A stretch of 32,000 nt of DNA from Vibrio alginolyticus NBRC 15630 = ATCC 17749 (GCF_000354175.2 NC_022349.1:990001-1022000), one strand, 5' to 3'; shown: positions 6,999 through 15,215, counted from the first letter of the stretch. Notes: generated from the sequence alone by a model not told the origin. Made by a program: numbers and translations.

Positions 6999-7118
6999 TA
7001 ACGCCCTGTTAAGGTGTGAGCAACGCAATACCGAAGCTTCCGCCTACCACCTTAACCACTAAACACAACGCATAGTAAAAATGCCACGCGTTGCGAATCA
7101 CTCTTAAACAGATTGTTA
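6999..7118 (-). repeat. attC site, 120 bp
   Basis: TAACGCCCTGTTAAGGTGTGAGCAACGC...AATCACTCTTAAACAGATTGTTA. Confidence 0.9.
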
Positions 7119-7126
7119 GGTTTTTG

Positions 7127-7456
7127 TCATGACGGATAATATTTACCGTCTGTTTTTCTTACATAATTGCTAGGATAATAATGACCGTCTGCTTTTCTAG
7201 AAAAGTACGAAGGGTAATATCTACCATCACTTTTTCTACTCCAATTTTTCGGATAATAATGTCCATCAGCTTTTCGTAAGAAGTCCTTCGGATAGTAGTT
7301 ACCATTAGCCTTTCGGTTCCAGTCGCTTGGATAATATTGCCCATTGGCTTTTCTCGATGTTTTACCGGTCAAATATGGTTGAATCTCCATCATTACCTCA
7401 GGGAAGGTAAATGCTAAATACTGAATTTGATTATTAAACTGTTTGACTAATTCCAT
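7127..7456 (-). CDS. Hypothetical repeat protein, 109 aa: 34-aa N-terminus followed by six tandem 13-aa RK-x-(D/N)-G-x-YYP units
   Basis: ATG preceded by AAGGATGAAAA. A 39-bp DNA periodicity runs across 7130..7354 with amino acids conserved and codons diverged. Confidence 0.7.
   Translation of the reverse strand: MELVKQFNNQIQYLAFTFPEVMMEIQPYLTGKTSRKANGQYYPSDWNRKANGNYYPKDFLRKADGHYYPKNWSRKSDGRYYPSYFSRKADGHYYPSNYVRKTDGKYYPS
7130..7354 (-). repeat. Tandem 39-bp coding repeat, about 5.8 units
   Basis: On the plus strand the units begin GGATAATA/GGGTAATA/GGATAGTA every 39 bp. Confidence 0.85.
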
Positions 7457-7644
7457 TTTTCATCCTTTATGAATCTAACACCTTATTAAAGTGCAAATAA
7501 ACCACCCAAGATACTGAATAGTATACAATTTACTGTAAGAAACCAACGAAGTAAAACGGGCGATAGAAGTAATATACGACTTTGAACTGAGTGGCACTCA
7601 CACCAACATAGCAGAAGTGCTTTCCGCATGTAGCAGCAAAGACC

Positions 7645-7765
7645 TAACGCCGCGTTAAGTGGTGAGCAACGCTACCACTTAACCTAAATCATTGTGCCGT
7701 AATCACTAAATTCAAAGCAAACCGAAAATGCCAAGCGTTGGGAATCCGTCTTAAACGCTTTGTTA
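7645..7765 (-). repeat. attC site, 121 bp, divergent subtype
   Basis: TAACGCCGCGTTAAGTGGTGAGCAACGC...GCCAAGCGTTGGGAATCCGTCTTAAACGCTTTGTTA. Confidence 0.85.
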
Positions 7766-8233
7766 GCTGCGAAGCTTTTTGGAGAGCAGGTTCTGTTTTG
7801 ATTCGAATCCGGCGCTAGTATAAAAACCGATAGCTCCTGTGTTATTTGACCAAACATGCAGGTCAACTGAACTAGCACCAAGAGCACTAGCCCACTTAGA
7901 AAAGTAAGAAACTAGCCCTGTAGCTACACCCAGCTTTCGAGCTTCGCTAGAAACGATTAACTCTTCAATATATCCATACGTTCGTGATTGCGTCCAACGA
8001 CGCTCTTTAACGTCAGCGAGATTCCCCAATAAAGCTCCGACTACCTTTCCATCGTGCTCGCTAACAATAAGCAACTGATTTTCATCAGATAGAATATCTT
8101 GAAGCTCAGTTTCATTTAGTACATCTTCAGTTTTGCGAACAACATCTGGGGCTAAGTCTGAGTTGTGCTCGTTCTCGGCTATGAAAAGGCTAACCAACAC
8201 ATCTAAATCTTTGATTTTGGCTACACGAACCAT
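7763..8233 (-). CDS. GNAT family N-acetyltransferase, 156 aa
   Basis: Starts MVRVAKIKDLDV with GGAGAAAATTT upstream. Motif RKLGVATGLVSYFSKWA...NNTGAIGFYTSAGF. The 31-aa ORF-track extension is attC sequence. Confidence 0.8.
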   Translation of the reverse strand: MVRVAKIKDLDVLVSLFIAENEHNSDLAPDVVRKTEDVLNETELQDILSDENQLLIVSEHDGKVVGALLGNLADVKERRWTQSRTYGYIEELIVSSEARKLGVATGLVSYFSKWASALGASSVDLHVWSNNTGAIGFYTSAGFESKQNLLSKKLRS

Positions 8234-8251
8234 AAATTTTCTCCAAGCAGC

Positions 8252-8371
8252 TAACGCCCTGTTAAGGTGTGAGCAACGCAATACCGAAGTTCCCGCAGAC
8301 CACCATAAACACAAAACGCAACGCATAGCAAAAATGCCAAGCGTTGCGAATCGCTCTTAAACAGATTGTTA
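8252..8371 (-). repeat. attC site, 120 bp
   Basis: TAACGCCCTGTTAAGGTGTGAGCAACGC...AATCGCTCTTAAACAGATTGTTA. Confidence 0.9.
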
Positions 8372-8977
8372 GGCAAATTCAGGGAGCGCGATAAATGTGT
8401 CGCGAGCCATATTTCCGATGGTATTGGTTGTTACTGAGTCAAAGGTAGCTCCAACGATACCTCCGACCAACGGAATTGCTTTACCTAAATTTATAGCCCC
8501 TTTTTCCCCAAACTTAGTTAGTAACCTAAAACCTACAGCCTGATTAATTTTAGTTATTGTTTTCCCACTAATACTCTTAATCGCATTTTCTGTAAGCTTT
8601 CTACCAACTACAATACCTATATCTTTGAGGATATCTTTAGCCGCATTGCCAGTCAGACATGCATAAACCATCGCTTTGACACGATCGTCTTTCAAGTCGT
8701 GCCCCCCCATATGAGCAATTGCAGCTATCATTCGGATTTGTACGTACATAACGCTCGTTATGTTGGCTGGTAAAGTTACTGGCATTGTTATCAAACCACC
8801 TAACCCCGTGAGGAAGCCTGAAGTGCCTGCTTTTGTATTTTGCCAACGAATTAATGAGTTTGCTTGGCTTATTGGATCACTTGATTCTTTCATGTAGCTC
8901 AATGCTAGTTCTTGGGCAGAATCTAAACCAGCTACACCGTTGATCGCCTTGTCGTATGCCCAATCTAGGGCCTGCAT
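8369..8977 (-). CDS. EcsC-like family protein, about 202 aa (family assignment tentative)
   Basis: Gly-rich amphipathic pattern (TSGFLTGLGGLITMPVTLPANI...AIPLVGGIVGATFD) recalled from EcsC-family proteins. Start is uncertain: ATG 8977 vs TTG 9034. Confidence 0.5.
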   Translation of the reverse strand: MQALDWAYDKAINGVAGLDSAQELALSYMKESSDPISQANSLIRWQNTKAGTSGFLTGLGGLITMPVTLPANITSVMYVQIRMIAAIAHMGGHDLKDDRVKAMVYACLTGNAAKDILKDIGIVVGRKLTENAIKSISGKTITKINQAVGFRLLTKFGEKGAINLGKAIPLVGGIVGATFDSVTTNTIGNMARDTFIALPEFA

Positions 8978-9123
8978 TATCTTATTTTCAGTTAATTCTT
9001 GAGACACCTTTTGTAACCTCAGGTTTATTAGCAATTATTCATGTGAAAAATACCATACGATAAATACAGAAGCATAAAATCAAAGATGAAAAGTGTGATT
9101 TGTAGCATATGATTGAATATGCC

Positions 9124-9244
9124 TAACGCCTTGCTAAGGTGTGAGTAACGCAATACAAAAGCTACCGCACAGCGCCTTAATCACCATAAGCCACCGCAAA
9201 GTAAAAATGCCACGCGTTACGAATCACTCTTAAGCAATTTGTTA
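9124..9244 (-). repeat. attC site, 121 bp (same subtype as 1523..1643)
   Basis: Near-identical to 1523..1643 and 2695..2816. Confidence 0.9.
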
Positions 9245-9671
9245 GTACATGCGCTACTTCTATTTATGCGCTCCAAGATATTGAAAACCGAGATGATATG
9301 AAAGGCTTTGAACACTGAAGTGAGACGGGCAGCTACAAAACTTTACCCCGATTGAAAGACGAAAGTTGGCTAGAAGAAAAACGCACTGAACTGCCCTATT
9401 TTCACTTGCTTTAAATTAAAAAAGGATTCTTTCCTCGTCACTCAACAGCCACACCAAAAGTAATCACGGTTCTCTCAAAAACCACCACGAAAATGAAGAA
9501 GCACCAAAGAAATAGGCTCAGAGTTAGAAGCCGTAAACGGTGAAATCAAAGCGAACACTCCGCATATAGTGCCACCGGAAAGAACGTGAAAGGCACTAAC
9601 TGAAAGGTGTAAAGACGAGCGCCAAAACAGATAAACACCAAAACCTATGACCTTTGATGCCAAACCCGTAC
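9245..9671 (-). other. ORF-less integron cassette, family N copy C (427 bp)
   Basis: Homolog of 1644..2069. Its only long ORF (9475..9681) runs into the attC and is out of frame with the ORF of copy B. Confidence 0.75.
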
Positions 9672-9791
9672 TAACGCCCAATTAAGGTGTGAAGCGCGCA
9701 ACCACGACACTCAATTTAACCACCGTAATCACCAAACTTAAACCAAACTAAAAATGCCAAGCGTGCTGAATCACTCTTAAATTGCTTGTTA
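9672..9791 (-). repeat. attC site, 120 bp, divergent centre
   Basis: TAACGCCCAATTAAGGTGTGAAGCGCGC...GCCAAGCGTGCTGAATCACTCTTAAATTGCTTGTTA. Confidence 0.88.
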
Positions 9792-9794
9792 GCC

Positions 9795-10328
9795 CTATGC
9801 CCAAAGGTTGCACGCCTCTACCGCTTCGATTTTAACACCGAAACTAGAAATGCTAGGTAACGTGTCATTGTGGTGCTCTCGAATTTGAGCCCCACTGGCG
9901 TGCTCCTTATCATGAGTTGTGTGAGCATCCGAAACCAAAGTTACGGGGTAGCCTAAACCTGCAGCTCTGCGAATGGTGGTATCAACGCAAAACTCTGAGG
10001 CGTAGCCACACACAATTAAGCTATCTACATCGAGTTCATTCAAAACACTTTGAAGATTAGTATTCAAGAAAGAGTCTGGTGTTGTTTTGCGAACGAAATG
10101 GTCACCAGTTTGTGTAATTAAGCTCGACTGCAATGACCAACCAGCGCTTTCATATTCAATAACAGATTTAGGTTGCTCGTGCCGAACAAAGATAACTGGG
10201 ACAGACTTAGCACGCGCCAATTTCGTAACTTCATTAATTTTGGTGAGTACGATTTGTGACTCAAATGGTTGAGGTTCCGGGTCGAACAGAATCGACTGAA
10301 CATCAATAACTAATACTGCAGATTTCAT
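9795..10328 (-). CDS. Isochorismatase-family cysteine hydrolase, 177 aa
   Basis: AVLVIDVQ...VIFVRHE...LIVCGYASEFCVDTTIRRAAGLGY carries the family catalytic D/K/C pattern. AGAGGAAAACA lies upstream of the ATG. Confidence 0.85.
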   Translation of the reverse strand: MKSAVLVIDVQSILFDPEPQPFESQIVLTKINEVTKLARAKSVPVIFVRHEQPKSVIEYESAGWSLQSSLITQTGDHFVRKTTPDSFLNTNLQSVLNELDVDSLIVCGYASEFCVDTTIRRAAGLGYPVTLVSDAHTTHDKEHASGAQIREHHNDTLPSISSFGVKIEAVEACNLWA

Positions 10329-10347
10329 TGTTTTCCTCTGATAGGGC

Positions 10348-10467
10348 TAACGCCCTGTTAAGGTGTGAGCAACGCAATACCGATGCCGCCGCATACCGCC
10401 TTAAACACTAAACGCAACGCATAACAAAAATGCCAAGCGTTGCGAATCACTCTTAAACAGTTTGTTA
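10348..10467 (-). repeat. attC site, 120 bp
   Basis: TAACGCCCTGTTAAGGTGTGAGCAACGC...AATCACTCTTAAACAGTTTGTTA. Confidence 0.9.
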
Positions 10468-10574
10468 TGTGTATTGGTTGATATAAATCATATCAATTTT
10501 ATTACCTAGATGAGTAGAATGCCGCTCCTTTTATTCGCAGAACAAGTAGAAGACTCAAGGCAGCTCTATTCACC

Positions 10575-11510
10575 ATGAAAAGAAACATAATCACAATTGC
10601 TTTTATCGCATCATTAACTGGTTGTATGGCAACACAACAAGCAACCAAATCAGCAATAACACCGACTAACAGCGTTAGCTCACAACCAGCTACAACGTGT
10701 GTGTATGAAAGTATGCCAGGAGCTGAGTTTTCGTACACTGGCGAGTCCAAGTACTTCTCCCTTTACTTTGAAGACGATCAAGGTTATCTCGGTAGAAGTA
10801 ATATTGGAGAAACGCTAAAAGGTAAAAAGTTTAAATTCTCTGGAAATTTAAAACCTGACCATAAAGCGTTTAATAAGTATCCCAAAGTATTAAACATCCA
10901 AGGTAAGGACTATTCATTTGATAGTAATGTTTCAACTGCTGTTATGTTTGAAGGTTGCTCTACCGCCCTATGGTTCAAAGGACATGTTAACTACAACGCA
11001 TTGATAGAAAAAAAAGGCTTTGAAAAAACTAATGCCTCGCCCTTTGATGCCAATGACTTAGCCTACGCGTATGGCACAGAAAATGTAAAGGAAGCCAGCT
11101 ACGAACCAATAATCACAACAGATGAATTTGCAGATTCCTCTACGATTAAAACTGAATATCAAGATCGAATACTCCTACGTACATGGTCTAATGGCAAGCT
11201 GACTAGGAAACCCAAAGTATTCCAAGTATACGCTGATCTGCTATTTCTAAATGATTGGGGGCACATCCGCACCGCTCGCACGAAAGATGGAAAAGTGCAT
11301 GAGTTAACCAGAATTGACACCGATGTTGACTGTAGTGGAAGCTTTGGTTGCTCTTTGACTGAAACTGTCGGCGTAACATTGCCTCTTTCAATGCTAGAGA
11401 AAAACCCTAATGGGTTTGAAATTAAGTTTTATGGGACTAGAGAGCAAGTAGTCTCCATCAGTAGCTACCATGTCAAAACCCTCCTCGCAGGAATTAGTCA
11501 AATTAAGTAA
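10575..11510 (+). CDS. Putative lipoprotein, 311 aa, in reverse orientation relative to the cassette array
   Basis: Signal peptide with lipobox: MKRNIITIAFIASLTG-C. It is the only long ORF in this 1.1-kb cassette. Confidence 0.7.
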   Translation: MKRNIITIAFIASLTGCMATQQATKSAITPTNSVSSQPATTCVYESMPGAEFSYTGESKYFSLYFEDDQGYLGRSNIGETLKGKKFKFSGNLKPDHKAFNKYPKVLNIQGKDYSFDSNVSTAVMFEGCSTALWFKGHVNYNALIEKKGFEKTNASPFDANDLAYAYGTENVKEASYEPIITTDEFADSSTIKTEYQDRILLRTWSNGKLTRKPKVFQVYADLLFLNDWGHIRTARTKDGKVHELTRIDTDVDCSGSFGCSLTETVGVTLPLSMLEKNPNGFEIKFYGTREQVVSISSYHVKTLLAGISQIK

Positions 11511-11529
11511 ATCCTAGCTTTACTGTATT

Positions 11530-11555
11530 GAGCAGACCGAGATTAAGGTCTGCTC
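11530..11555 (+). terminator. Hairpin downstream of the lipoprotein gene (possible terminator, no U-tract)
   Basis: GAGCAGACC-GAGATTAA-GGTCTGCTC begins 20 nt after the stop codon. Confidence 0.3.
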
Positions 11556-11562
11556 AGACACA

Positions 11563-11682
11563 TAACGCCTTGTTAAGGTGTGAGGCACGCAATACAGAAG
11601 CCTCCGCATACCACCTTAACCACTAAACCTAACGCATGGTAAAAATGCCACGCGTGCCGAATCACTCTTGAACAATTTGTTA
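11563..11682 (-). repeat. attC site, 120 bp
   Basis: TAACGCCTTGTTAAGGTGTGAGGCACGC...GCGTGCCGAATCACTCTTGAACAATTTGTTA. Confidence 0.9.
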
Positions 11683-11692
11683 TGTTGTGGAC

Positions 11693-12175
11693 TCAAGGCA
11701 GAGGCATCCATTCTTTTACGCCTACATACTGGTCATATTTGTCTTGTTCGTCTTTTGTTTTTTGGTCTCTGATGTAACGCATTGAAAATCCACCATACAT
11801 TGAACCACTGTTATTCAGAGACCAATCTACGATATCTTCATCTGAAACTGAGTACGCTTCACCGACGACAATATGACCTAACTGAGGGAGTGTTTCAAAA
11901 GCTTGAACCACGAAAGACTTTGAATCTACATCTACCACCATGAACCATAAGTAAGCACCTTGTTCTGGGAAGTATACTTTTACAAGAGCAAAACTAGATG
12001 CAAGCTCAGGTTTAGACAATAGGTCGCGAAAGGATCCTATGCTCGCTTTAGCTTCGATAATTGTCCTCTGCCATAAAAGGTCATTGGATAAAACTGGATT
12101 ACTCTTCACTTCGTCACCCGAAAAACTTAAACCTGAATGTAGAATTGATACCAATAGTAGTAACCAATATTTCAT
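11693..12175 (-). CDS. Secreted protein, 160 aa, DUF2314-like (tentative)
   Basis: Signal peptide MKYWLLLLVSILHSGLSFS. The C-terminal pattern YLWFMV...VVGEAYSVSDEDIVDWSL...MYGGFSMRY resembles DUF2314. The 20-aa ORF-track extension is attC sequence. Confidence 0.6.
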   Translation of the reverse strand: MKYWLLLLVSILHSGLSFSGDEVKSNPVLSNDLLWQRTIIEAKASIGSFRDLLSKPELASSFALVKVYFPEQGAYLWFMVVDVDSKSFVVQAFETLPQLGHIVVGEAYSVSDEDIVDWSLNNSGSMYGGFSMRYIRDQKTKDEQDKYDQYVGVKEWMPLP

Positions 12176-12193
12176 TGTTAGCCTCAAACAACA

Positions 12194-12313
12194 TAACGCC
12201 CTGCTAAGGGGTGAGCAACGCAATACGAAAGCCACCGCAAACCACCTTAATCACTAAAATCAACGCATAGTAAAAATGCCACGCGTTGCGAATCCCTCTT
12301 GAGCAGTTTGTTA
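12194..12313 (-). repeat. attC site, 120 bp
   Basis: TAACGCCCTGCTAAGGGGTGAGCAACGC...AATCCCTCTTGAGCAGTTTGTTA. Confidence 0.9.
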
Positions 12314-12813
12314 GTCGCGAGGCACCGAGCGACAATTTTAAGCCGAACCAAACTTTGCAAACAACAAACTTTATGTGCTTTGATGCATTTAAATCAGGCG
12401 TAGTCTCAAAGCGACTACTCAATGAAACCACTTGGAACAAACAACGCCGTAGAAAACGGACTGACAACACCAAAAAACGCTTTTGGAAAACCAATCTCAC
12501 AGTGCGGACTTTCAACAAAGTCACTCAAACCAAGTGGAACTTACCACACCAGAGAAAACGCCTTTTCAGCGAGTAGATCAGCTTTTGAACCAACAAACTC
12601 ACCGAGCAGAGTTGCAACCAAAAACAGACTCTCGATTGCCCTGTTATGTCAGCACCAAAGAACAAAAAAACCGCTAGGACAATTGCAAAACTTTGTACTT
12701 AAAACAGCTGAAAATGAGTTTGGACCAACAACAATAAAGCTGTAAACCGAACAACAAGCAGCCAAATTTTGAGCTTAGAAACATGATTTTGACAGCTAGC
12801 TTTTTCTGGCGAC
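12314..12813 (-). other. ORF-less integron cassette (500 bp), A/C-rich on the plus strand, hairpin-dense
   Basis: Four mutually overlapping ORFs in different frames or strands, none with an SD. Short perfect hairpins at 12314..12333, 12400..12418, 12447..12459, 12470..12486 and 12554..12567. Confidence 0.6.
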
Positions 12814-12933
12814 TAACGCCCTGTTAAGGGGTGAGCAACGCAATGCCGAAGTTCCCGCATACCGCCTTAAACACTAAAACCAACGCATAGTGAAAATGCC
12901 ACGCGTTGCGAATCCCTCTTGAACAGTTTGTTA
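12814..12933 (-). repeat. attC site, 120 bp
   Basis: TAACGCCCTGTTAAGGGGTGAGCAACGC...AATCCCTCTTGAACAGTTTGTTA. Confidence 0.9.
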
Positions 12934-12942
12934 GAGCGCAAC

Positions 12943-13242
12943 TCAAAGGTTGAACAGAACTTTCAAAAGAGAATTTACCAAGGAAGAGATCCCTAGAAAG
13001 AGAACTACTGGCAAACCTATCGCTATTATCAGTTTAAACTCGACAAACTGACCTACCACAGCATCACCATATCTACCTCCCAGAAACTTTCTCGATTCGT
13101 CTCCTACCGTAGATTTGACTTCATCTGTGACCGTCTTGCGATCTTTACCGATAAATTCTTTGAACAACATAAAGCCAAAGGGAGCGATAATAATGCCGGT
13201 GATAAGATATGAAATGTATTCAATTATGTCCGTCATATTCAT
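12943..13242 (-). CDS. Small membrane protein, 99 aa, hypothetical
   Basis: Starts MNMTDIIEY with AGGAGAAGAATA upstream. Two hydrophobic helices. The 26-aa ORF-track extension is attC sequence. Confidence 0.65.
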   Translation of the reverse strand: MNMTDIIEYISYLITGIIIAPFGFMLFKEFIGKDRKTVTDEVKSTVGDESRKFLGGRYGDAVVGQFVEFKLIIAIGLPVVLFLGISSLVNSLLKVLFNL

Positions 13243-13260
13243 TATTCTTCTCCTGCGCTC

Positions 13261-13351
13261 TAACGCCGCATTAAGGTGTGAGCGACGCATGGCTATACTT
13301 GAGCGAAGCGAAACTGCCAAGCGTTGCGAATCACTCTTAAATGCTTTGTTA
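13261..13351 (-). repeat. attC site, short form, 91 bp
   Basis: Same TAACGCC...TTGTTA ends and GAGCGACGC / GCGTTGCGAATC inner arms. The central region is about 30 bp shorter and unrelated. Confidence 0.8.
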
Positions 13352-13356
13352 GCACT

Positions 13357-14178
13357 TTATCTCGCTTGGTAGATAAACTCTCGATGGTACTTTAAGTACT
13401 GAGCTGTTTCTTTACTCAAGCTGCGAAGTTTTAAACTTTGCTCAACATTCAATGCCGTTAGCGCTGAAGGGTCTAGTGATTCGGAAATTAAAATTTTCCC
13501 ATTCTCATCAAAACTAATCATGCCACTATCGAACAAGGTATCCAGATTTGGTGTCAGCAACAAGCCATTGTAAGGATCTAATCGTTCTTCATTTGAAGAA
13601 TCACGCCAAGGTTTTATATGCGAAGCTTTTAAGAGCCCAACTTGCTCGCACCCAGTTACAGAACATCTTTTCCAAAGGTCGATTAAGGTTTTTCGATACT
13701 TACCCTGTCCCCTGCGACTACTAACTAAACGCTCCACTTCTGTTTCAGTAAGTTTATCAAGTTCACCACTTGCTTTAGCGTCTGCTATTTCGTCTTCTGG
13801 GTTTCTCAAGTAGAGTGGCTTTAATTCTGACAAACGAATCAAAAAAGAGCGCATGGATTCTTTTGTTTGAAACCCAAATGGGATTCCAAATGGTATAGGC
13901 AGCTCCCCTCGGTTGAGTCTTTTAGGAAACTTGCGCATGCTAGACTTGTGATTCAATGAACCTGTAGTCTCTACTCCATCGAGCAAAGCTAGTTCATTTT
14001 TGTAGAATTCTGCACGAGGATGGATCACTAACCCCGAAGGTTTCGCTCCAGCCTGTTTATTAATGTAAACGTATTGTTTTAGCGATGGTAAAAAGAACTG
14101 AATCGCATATTTAACTTCATGCCTTTCAGTAGCTTTGAACTCACTCAATACTTCTTCCATTTCTTTTAATGTGATCAT
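13357..14178 (-). CDS. HNH endonuclease domain protein, 273 aa, with an uncharacterised N-terminal domain
   Basis: The C-terminal CSVTGCEQVGLLKASHIKPW...NGLLLTPNLDTLFDSGMISF matches the HNH (HNH_2-type) nuclease pattern seen in restriction-like enzymes. Confidence 0.75.
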   Translation of the reverse strand: MITLKEMEEVLSEFKATERHEVKYAIQFFLPSLKQYVYINKQAGAKPSGLVIHPRAEFYKNELALLDGVETTGSLNHKSSMRKFPKRLNRGELPIPFGIPFGFQTKESMRSFLIRLSELKPLYLRNPEDEIADAKASGELDKLTETEVERLVSSRRGQGKYRKTLIDLWKRCSVTGCEQVGLLKASHIKPWRDSSNEERLDPYNGLLLTPNLDTLFDSGMISFDENGKILISESLDPSALTALNVEQSLKLRSLSKETAQYLKYHREFIYQAR

Positions 14179-14198
14179 TTACCAACTCTCGAAAGTGC

Positions 14199-14318
14199 TA
14201 ACGCCCAATTAAGGGGTGAGTAACGCAACACCAATGCTACCGAAAACCACCTTAACCACTAAAATTAACGCATAGTAAAAATGCCACGCGTTACGAATCC
14301 CTCTTGAATTGTTTGTTA
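14199..14318 (-). repeat. attC site, 120 bp
   Basis: TAACGCCCAATTAAGGGGTGAGTAACGC...GCGTTACGAATCCCTCTTGAATTGTTTGTTA. Confidence 0.9.
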
Positions 14319-14748
14319 GTACGCTGCCCTTAAAGCCTTTGGCACACACCAAGATATTGAAATATAGCACGAAAATTATGGCTTAAAACGCTGAAGCCAA
14401 ACAGACAACTACCAAACTTGAACTCAATTTCAAAACCCAAGCTGGCGAGAAGAAAAACTTGCTTAACTGACCTATTTTCACCGTTTTCAAATTAGCAAAG
14501 GATACGGACTTCGAAACTGAACGGCAGCGCCAAAGAAACTCAGTGTTTGACAAAAATGTTCCAGCATCAAAGAAATCACACCAAAGAAATAGCCAAAAAG
14601 TTAGAAACCGTAAACGGTAAATTCACAGCGAACACTCCGCATATAGTGCCACCGGAAAGATCGTGAAAGGCACAATGTTTCAGGTGTAAAGCAAAGCAGA
14701 GAAACCGGTAAACTCTGAAAATTTTAACTTTTGATGCCAACCCCGTAC
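14319..14748 (-). other. ORF-less integron cassette, family N copy D (430 bp, divergent member)
   Basis: No ORF of 61 aa or more. Patchy homology to copies A-C, with a near-identical core at about 14600..14673. Confidence 0.7.
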
Positions 14749-14868
14749 TAACGCCCTGTTAAGGGGTGAGCAACGCAATACCAATGCCGCCGCATACCAC
14801 CTTAATCACTTAAACCAACGCATAGTGAAGATGCCACGCGTTGCGAATCCCTCTTGAACAGTTTGTTA
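14749..14868 (-). repeat. attC site, 120 bp (identical to 222..341)
   Basis: Part of the exact duplication 222..688 = 14749..15215. Confidence 0.9.
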
Positions 14869-15215
14869 ACTGAGCGCCTTTCAGTTTTCGCCGATTTTTC
14901 AGCCACTTTCGCCAAAGCTCGTTTTGCTAATTAATGATTAGCAAAGCTAACTCAAATATGTGTTTAACAAAAAAATTACCGTTGATCTTTAGTTTGAAAT
15001 GCGTCTCACAACACCATACTTCGGCGATGTAAGTGCGCCGAACTAATCGCGAACGCCTTATATTATTAGAAGGCTTTATGCCGCCTTTCACATCAGTAAG
15101 CTTAAGTACCAAACTGAAATTAGTCGCATTACCTCAGCTAAGGAAACCGACCGAACACGCTAAACCTCCGAACCTAGAAACCGTATCAATGTGCTTTCGT
15201 ATTTTCTGTGCCAGT
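14869..15215 (-). other. ORF-less integron cassette, type X copy 2
   Basis: Identical to 342..688. Confidence 0.6.

Noticed and set aside
7159-7344. 61-aa alternative-frame ORF inside the repeat-protein gene.
   Set aside because: It is on the same strand but out of frame relative to the 109-aa ORF. Only the 109-aa frame shows repeat conservation at the amino-acid level and a strong SD.
12204-12745. Four overlapping ORFs (12204..12524 minus; 12286..12576, 12422..12745 and 12483..12677 plus).
   Set aside because: Mutually overlapping frames are caused by the A/C-rich, stop-poor composition. One runs through an attC, none has an SD, and the products are low-complexity.
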